Origin: Isobaculum melis
GTDB taxonomy: Bacteria > Bacillota > Bacilli > Lactobacillales > Carnobacteriaceae
Assembly (NCBI RefSeq): GCF_900111355.1
Contig: NZ_FOHA01000025.1
Location: 1-24,000, forward strand
Direction of reading: 5' to 3'
DNA length: 24,000 nucleotides
Shown: piece after piece, positions 15,453 through 22,000 of the stretch
How the letters are laid out: the number at the start of each line of letters is the position of its first letter
Numbering within the stretch: the stretch's first letter is position 1
Notes under the pieces: generated by a model
What the model was told of the DNA's origin: nothing
Seen by the model: the letters and a program-made list of their open reading frames with translations, nothing else
The model's database searches: none
Position numbers and translations under genes: made by a program

Positions 15453-16673
15453 ATGGGAAGATTTATTGTCATTGTATTAGATAGTTTTGGTGTCGGCTAT
15501 ATGGCGGACGCAGCAGAGGTGAGACCACGTGATGTGGGTGCGAATACGGCATTACACATTATTGAAAAAAAGCCTGAAATTCAGATTCCGACTATGGAAA
15601 AATTAGGATTAATGAATGCGATTGGACAGGAAACAGAAGCGTTACATTTTTCTAAAGAGGCAATTATTGGAACTGCTAATTTAGCCCATCATGGCGCGGA
15701 TTCATTTTTAGGCCATCAGGAGATTATGGGGACTACGCCTAAAATCCCTTTAATTGAACCCTTTCAAGCAGTGATTGATACAGTCGAACAACATTTGATT
15801 GAAGCAGATTATCAAGTGCGTCGTGTAGGTGAAGCAGGCGAGCCACAAATTCTAGTTGTCAATGAGTGTGCAACTGTCGGAGATAATTTAGAAACCGATT
15901 TAGGGCAAGTTTATAATGTTTCTGCTTGCTTGGATTTAATGCCTTTTGATGAAGTGAAGCAATTAGGTAGAACCGTTCGTGAAGTGGTCAAAGTTTCTCG
16001 AGTGATTACGTTTGGTGGGAGACAGATTACTTTAGATAATCTACTTGGTGCAAGAAAAATTAAACCAGGTGGCTTTGCAGGTGTTGATGCACCAGAGTCA
16101 GGTGTTTACTTGCATGACTACCATGTGATTCATTTAGGCTATGGCATTGATCCTGAAGTTCAAGTGCCGACAATCTTGGATCATGCGGGCATTACTGTTT
16201 CTTTACTTGGAAAAGCTGCAGATATTATTCAAACGTCTAGCAAACATTTATTTCCAGGCGTGGATTCAACTGAGTTATTTGATGACTTGGTAAGTGAAGT
16301 GAAGAAAATTAATGAAGGCTTTATTTGTTTGAATATTCAGGAAACTGATTTAGCGGGACATGCTGAGGATGTAGCGCGTTATGCAGATAGATTGGAACTG
16401 AGCGATAAACGGATTGCAGAAGTTATTTCTTTACTGAATACGGGGGATATTTTAATTGTGATGGCAGACCATGGGAATGACCCAACCATTGGACATAGTA
16501 ACCATACGCGTGAACGTGTACCTTTAATGATTTATAGCAAAGGTTTAGCAGGAATTGAAGTAGGAGAAAGAGAAACAATGGCAGATGTAGCCGCAACTGC
16601 AGCGGATTATTTTGGTGTGAAGATGCCACAACATGGTCATTCTTTCTTGGATAAAATAATCAATCGTTCATAA
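15453..16673 (+). CDS. yhfW: Phosphopentomutase-like metalloenzyme (YhfW-like; alkaline-phosphatase superfamily mutase)
   Basis: 406-aa ORF with DeoB-like motifs: VLDSFGVG (metal Asp), GHQEIMG, ETDLAGHAED, ADHGNDPT and HTRERVPL. Confidence 0.8.
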   Translation: MGRFIVIVLDSFGVGYMADAAEVRPRDVGANTALHIIEKKPEIQIPTMEKLGLMNAIGQETEALHFSKEAIIGTANLAHHGADSFLGHQEIMGTTPKIPLIEPFQAVIDTVEQHLIEADYQVRRVGEAGEPQILVVNECATVGDNLETDLGQVYNVSACLDLMPFDEVKQLGRTVREVVKVSRVITFGGRQITLDNLLGARKIKPGGFAGVDAPESGVYLHDYHVIHLGYGIDPEVQVPTILDHAGITVSLLGKAADIIQTSSKHLFPGVDSTELFDDLVSEVKKINEGFICLNIQETDLAGHAEDVARYADRLELSDKRIAEVISLLNTGDILIVMADHGNDPTIGHSNHTRERVPLMIYSKGLAGIEVGERETMADVAATAADYFGVKMPQHGHSFLDKIINRS

Positions 16674-16680
16674 TAAGAAT

Positions 16681-16721
16681 AGCCTAACGACCTGTTTTAA
16701 CGAGGCGTTAGGCTATTTTTT
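16681..16721. terminator. Bidirectional intrinsic terminator (ends the yhf-like cluster and the convergent Lrp/sORF unit)
   Basis: Perfect 9-bp GC-containing stem AGCCTAACG (16681-16689) / CGTTAGGCT (16706-16714), followed by ATTTTTT on the + strand. The minus-strand flank ATTCTTATTA is moderately T-rich. Confidence 0.75.
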
Positions 16722-16858
16722 CATTTCCTATTGACTTTGTTGCTGTCCGTCTTTCTTTGTAGCTGTTCTTTTTCTTTGGTTAAACGGCTGCCACCAATCA
16801 CAATTACAACAGCTAGCAATCCAATGGTAAATAAAATACCTAAAATCATAAAGCTCAT
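16721..16858 (-). CDS. Unlisted 45-aa single-TM peptide ORF
   Basis: Manual minus-strand translation gives MSFMILGILFTIGLLAVVIVIGGSRLTKEKEQLQRKTDSNKVNRK*. An RBS (AAAGGAA) lies 7 nt upstream of the ATG (16858). The ORF starts 16 nt after the Lrp gene stop, and its stop codon abuts the terminator. It falls below the ORF-track length cut-off. Confidence 0.4.
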   Translation of the reverse strand: MSFMILGILFTIGLLAVVIVIGGSRLTKEKEQLQRKTDSNKVNRK

Positions 16859-16874
16859 CAAGCGGTTCCTTTCT

Positions 16875-17294
16875 TTAAGCAATTGAGTAAGTTGAATTCA
16901 GAATTAAGGATGTGTTTACTTTGGCATATTTAATGAGTTCTGATAAAAGAACATTCATCTCATTAGTACTTTTTGAAGCACCTTTGACAATATAATTGGC
17001 TGTTCCAGTAATTGTATGAATTTCAATAATATCTGGAAAAGTAGTTAAAATGGTTTCAAATTTTTTGGTTGGAATCATTAATTGGCTAACTTCGATAAAA
17101 TAAGAAATAGGTTTTCCCATTTTTTCTTGATCCACCATAATGGTAAATTCCTGAATAATTTTCTGTTCAACTAGCTTATTGATTCTTTCCTTCACACTAG
17201 GTCTGCTAAGGCAAACTTCTTTTGAGATGTCCACAATAGACAGACGTGCATTTTTTTGTAATAAAGTAATAATTTTGCTATCAATGGCATCCAT
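16875..17294 (-). CDS. Lrp/AsnC family transcriptional regulator
   Basis: 139-aa ORF with an N-terminal HTH (DSKIITLLQKNARLSIVDISKEVCLSRPSVKERINKLVEQKII) and a C-terminal RAM-type effector domain. Strong RBS (GGGAGG). Confidence 0.85.
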   Translation of the reverse strand: MDAIDSKIITLLQKNARLSIVDISKEVCLSRPSVKERINKLVEQKIIQEFTIMVDQEKMGKPISYFIEVSQLMIPTKKFETILTTFPDIIEIHTITGTANYIVKGASKSTNEMNVLLSELIKYAKVNTSLILNSTYSIA

Positions 17295-17495
17295 TTAAGC
17301 GCCTCCCTCTATTAGATAGATTTATTATATAGTAAAAAGGGTTAAAATGATATGCGCCTACGAAATGTTCTTAAAAAGTTCATTTTTGCTTCATTTTGTA
17401 GGTTGAGCTAGTGAATTGTATTCATTTATTTATGGCAGATAGCTGTGACCGTATGTTAGATTTTAGGTAGTGAAATAAACTGAAGGAGTGAGATT

Positions 17496-18776
17496 ATGCG
17501 TACATTTGAAACAACACAAGCATTTGCTAAAAAGAAGGATGAACAGGATCCTTTAGCAGCAATTAGAAACCGTTTTTGTATTCAAGAAGGTGTCATTTAT
17601 ATGGATGGGAACTCTTTAGGGATGTGTTCCGTAGATGCAAAAGAGGCATTATATGATGTGATTGATAAGTGGGAGAAGCATGGCATTGGTATTTGGGATA
17701 TTGAAAATAGTAAATATTTTATGTACCAAAATGTCTTAGGGGAAAAATTAGCGCAGTTAATTCAAGCGAAGCCGGATGAAGTAACCGTGATGACCAATAC
17801 AACGATTAATATTCATCAAGGAATTAGTACTTTTTATCATCCAACCAAAGAGCGGTATAAAATTTTAGTGGATGATATTAATTTTCCAACAGATCGATAT
17901 GCGGTTGATAGCCAAATTCGATTAAAAGGTTTAGACCCAGACGAAGCGGTAAAAATTATTCATAGTCAAGATGAACGAACTTTAGATGAGGCAGCCATCA
18001 TTGAAGGAATGACTGAAGATGTTGCGTTAATTTTATTGCCAGCTGTTTTATATCGTAGTGCGCAATTGTTGGATATGGAGCGTGTGACCAAAGCAGCACA
18101 TGAGCGTGGCATTATTATTGGCTGGGATTTATGTCATTCAATTGGTGCAGTTCCTCATGATTTTAGTAAAATCCAACCAGATTTTGCTGTTTGGTGTAAT
18201 TATAAATATTTATCTGCTGGTCCAGGTGCGATTGCAGGTTTTTATATTAATGAGCGTCATTTTGAAAAAGAACCAGGTTTAGCAGGCTGGCAAGGGAATA
18301 AAAATGCGACCCAATTTAAGCTGTTACAAGCCTTTGATCATGAGCTAAATGCCCATGGCTGGCAAACAGGAACCCAGCCACTATTTTCAATGGCACCATT
18401 AGAGGGCGTCTTGAATATTTTCTTAGAGGTAGGAATGGAAGCTATTCGTACGAAATCATTGGATATTACTGCTTATCTGATGTTTTTAGCAGATGAGCAT
18501 TTAACGAAGCTGGGATATGAAATTGGGAATCCTCGTGAAGACAGTCGCAGAGGCGGTCATGTATCATTAGAGCATCCGGAAGCTTATCGTATTTGTAAAG
18601 CTTTAAAAAATCATCAAGTCGTGCCAGATTTTAGAGAACCAAATGTGATTCGCTTAGCACCAATCGCTCTTTATACTTCTTATGAGGAAGTTTATCAGCT
18701 TGTAGAAATTTTAGCGGATATTGTAAGAAATAAAGAATATTTGGATTATAGTGAAGAACGAACCTTGGTGGTTTGA
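17496..18776 (+). CDS. kynU: Kynureninase (PLP-dependent hydrolase)
   Basis: 426-aa ORF with kynureninase-typical blocks: YMDGNSLG, GWDLCHSIGAVP, and CNYKYLSAGPGAIAGFYIN (PLP lysine in KYL). RBS GAAGGAG. Confidence 0.8.
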   Translation: MRTFETTQAFAKKKDEQDPLAAIRNRFCIQEGVIYMDGNSLGMCSVDAKEALYDVIDKWEKHGIGIWDIENSKYFMYQNVLGEKLAQLIQAKPDEVTVMTNTTINIHQGISTFYHPTKERYKILVDDINFPTDRYAVDSQIRLKGLDPDEAVKIIHSQDERTLDEAAIIEGMTEDVALILLPAVLYRSAQLLDMERVTKAAHERGIIIGWDLCHSIGAVPHDFSKIQPDFAVWCNYKYLSAGPGAIAGFYINERHFEKEPGLAGWQGNKNATQFKLLQAFDHELNAHGWQTGTQPLFSMAPLEGVLNIFLEVGMEAIRTKSLDITAYLMFLADEHLTKLGYEIGNPREDSRRGGHVSLEHPEAYRICKALKNHQVVPDFREPNVIRLAPIALYTSYEEVYQLVEILADIVRNKEYLDYSEERTLVV

Positions 18777-18788
18777 TAACTAAATGAG

Positions 18789-18830
18789 GAAAGATACAAT
18801 AGATAGATACTATTGTATCTTTCTTTTTTT
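18789..18830 (+). terminator. Intrinsic terminator after kynU
   Basis: Perfect 13-bp stem GAAAGATACAATA (18789-18801) / TATTGTATCTTTC (18811-18823) with a 9-nt loop, followed by TTTTTTT. Confidence 0.8.
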
Positions 18831-18927
18831 ATTTTTTTACAAGCAAATTATCGATGCTATATAAAGAGGATTTATCATAAATGGAAGACTAAAATTGATG
18901 CACATGATATGATTGGCAGAGAGAGGA

Positions 18928-18957
18928 TTGACACATTTTGACACAAATTGTCATTAT
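18928..18957 (+). promoter_or_regulatory. Candidate adhesin promoter with tandem TTGACACA boxes
   Basis: TTGACACA occurs at 18928-18935 and 18938-18945, and TTGTCA at 18948-18953, giving a 10-bp phasing. The first TTGACA plus an 18-nt spacer reaches CATTAT (18952-18957). Confidence 0.35.
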
Positions 18958-19065
18958 CTTGCCTTTGAATAGTCGAAGGATGGATAGTAAGATTTCTATG
19001 TAAGGATAATAAAGTTGGGCGTTTTTAGATCGTGTCAAAATGTTGATAAATCAAGGAGGATAAAA

Positions 19066-22000
19066 ATGAATAAGAATAAAATTGGAAAAATAGGTCTGAT
19101 TGGAATGGTCTGTATCCTTATTTTTTCTCAAACCAATTTATCAGTTTTAGCCATGTTTAATACAACTGAAAGTGAAACAGAGAAACCACTTACGGTTGAG
19201 GAACAAACAGAGACTTTTATAGATGATGAAAAAGTAGAAAATCAGGAAAGTGTAACAGGGGAAGAAGCTGAAGCTGAATTACCTTCAGATGCAGAAACAG
19301 AAGTAGTTGAAGAAGCTTCAGATTTAGTCAAAGATCTAAAAACAGTAGGCTTTTCTTTAGAAAGCAGCCTAGATAAAAATACGCTTGATTTAGATGCGAC
19401 AAGTGTGAATGATCAACAAGTAAAAGTAACATTTAATATCACACATCTAGATACAACAAGTAAGCTAAATAATGGTGTCTTAGTGATTGATTTTTCAGAT
19501 ACGAATTTAGTCTTAGTTGAAAATTCTTATCCGACTTCAAGCACATCAATCAAATCAGCAACCTACTCTAAAAGTGAAAAGAAATTAACCGTTACATTTA
19601 AAGATAACATTAATGGCAGCTTTGATTTTCCTTTCTTAGTAGAAGCAAGTATCGTGGCTAAAACGGGTGACCAGTATCAAATAAAAGCGACGATGAATGG
19701 TACTAATGCAGCAGGAGAAGCCTATACAGAAGTGAAAAATGAGACTGAAAAAATTGCCATCACTGGTACAAGCAAAGACTACATAGAAGCTGATAGTGAA
19801 TCTATCAAAAAATGGAAGTTAAATAGTAGTTTTGCTAATCCTAGTGGTTATCCAGGTCAATATTTAGACCAATATGCAGCGATTGCTTCGGGCTCTATGC
19901 TTCATTTTACAAATCTAAAGGTTGAAAAAGATTATAATGGCTTGAAATCTTGGCAAACGCCGAGAGAAATGTCTGTTATTGCGACAGGTAATAAAGGTGA
20001 AGTGATTCAAGATGATGACGAAAAGAAAATTGCTTTATTTGGTGAGCAAAACTTGGAAAAAATCAGTCTATTCGATTCCTCTAATATACCATTAGATGTG
20101 GCAGCAGGTACCTATTCAGTTACCTATCATATTTATAATGACGATATTTATTTATTTTCAATTACCAAAAAAACAGTGGTTAAAGAAGCAGGAACAGTTT
20201 TAACTTATCTATCAAATGCTCTTGGAAATCAAAAAATAGGAACGCAAGATAAATTTAATTGGAAGTATCGACTTCATGCTTCCGGTGGACCAGAGCTACC
20301 TAAAAATATCACAATGACTTTTAAAATTCCAGAGGGCGTTCAGCTGTTAACTTATGGTATTGAATCAACGATGACTGTTGGTAAATTAGAATATGAACAA
20401 AATAATACAGGAAATTGGCAAGTTGTACCTAATAATACCGTTGACTTTTCAACCATTGAAAACCTTACAAGGTTACGTGTAACGGCAAAAGATGGGACAC
20501 TAGCCCCTCCTTCTTTTGGAAATATTAGATTACAAAATGTCAGTGTTCCAGCTGGTTCTGATATTCATTTAATCACGGAATCTATTCAATATACAGATAC
20601 ATTTGGTGAGACGCATGATCTTGTTCAAGAAACAGAGAATGCTGCATTTGATGTGACTGTTCAAGTAACAGATACCTCGCTGAATGAGGGAGCATCAAGA
20701 ATCAGTACAGCTGTGACACCTTTATCTGATCGCGCCAAGTTTCCTGAGAATCCAATCTATAATGGTTTTTCCTATTCAGAAGCCCTTAAAATTGGCGCAA
20801 GACAAGGAGAACCCTTTAGTCAACCATATGCCTTTATGATTTTACCAAAAGGTTTTGTTGTGTCTCAAATTCCTTTTAATTATATTGGAACGAATATGTT
20901 GACAGGTCTTAATATTTTAGATGTACGATTGCCTTACTATAGTAATCCTTCTTCTCCTGGTCAAGGAAAGATGGAAAGGAAAACTTTATCAGATGGTCGC
21001 ACGATTCAATATGTTGTTGCACCAGACACTGAGCTACAAGGAACCGCAGCACATCTTGAATACTTATTAGGTGGCTTTACAATCAGAGCCGAAAATGCAA
21101 AAGCAGGAGATTATCAAATTGAATATGGGATGGGATCTCTGACTCAAGATGACTATGAGGTAGTTGAAGCCAATGGTTTAACAGAAGAAACCTTACCCGC
21201 TGAAATTAAAGAGGTTTTAGGGGCTAAAGCGAATAGCTATTTAACCATGTCTAAACCGATTACAGTTGGTGCTTTAAATGGTGTTTCAACTGAAGCGGCG
21301 ATTAAAGGAAGTGAAAATCCAGATTTCCTTGATGGCACAGCCAAAACGGCTTCCTCTATGCCAGGTAGAACAGTTGATTATCGTTATACCATTACAAATA
21401 ATGGTACACAAGGAATTCATAATTTTGAAATGATTGATATTTTACCACATTTAAACGATACCTTTATTACAAATAACAATGCTAGAGGCTCTGAATATGC
21501 AGTGAATGCAACAGACTCTATTCAGGTAGCTGTTAATGGTAAAAATGCAGGAGCTACTTTAGAATATGCTACGACTTATACACCAGCAAGATTTGATGGT
21601 GCAGGTGCAGATGTCCCAGGAGATAAGTGGTCAACCACTAAACCTGCAGATATTACAAAAGTAAAGGCCATTCGTGTTGTGTTAACACAGCCATTAGAAC
21701 CAGGTGATAAGGTTACCCTTTCTTATACAGGAATTTTACCAGTTGATGCGCCAAGAAATGGTGAAATTGCAAGTAATACGATTGCTTATCGAGGAAATAT
21801 TCAGAATAACGAGGGGCAAAGTATTAGTACAACTGCCTTAGAATTGTCTAAAACCAATGTGGCAGCAGTCGCGCCTGTTAATGATGGTGCTTTATCTGGA
21901 AATATTTTTATGGATTTAAACAAAAATGGGAATAAAGATACCAATGAGCCTGGCTATAATGGGGTTAAAGTGGAATTGTTTAAAGCAAGTGATTTAACAA

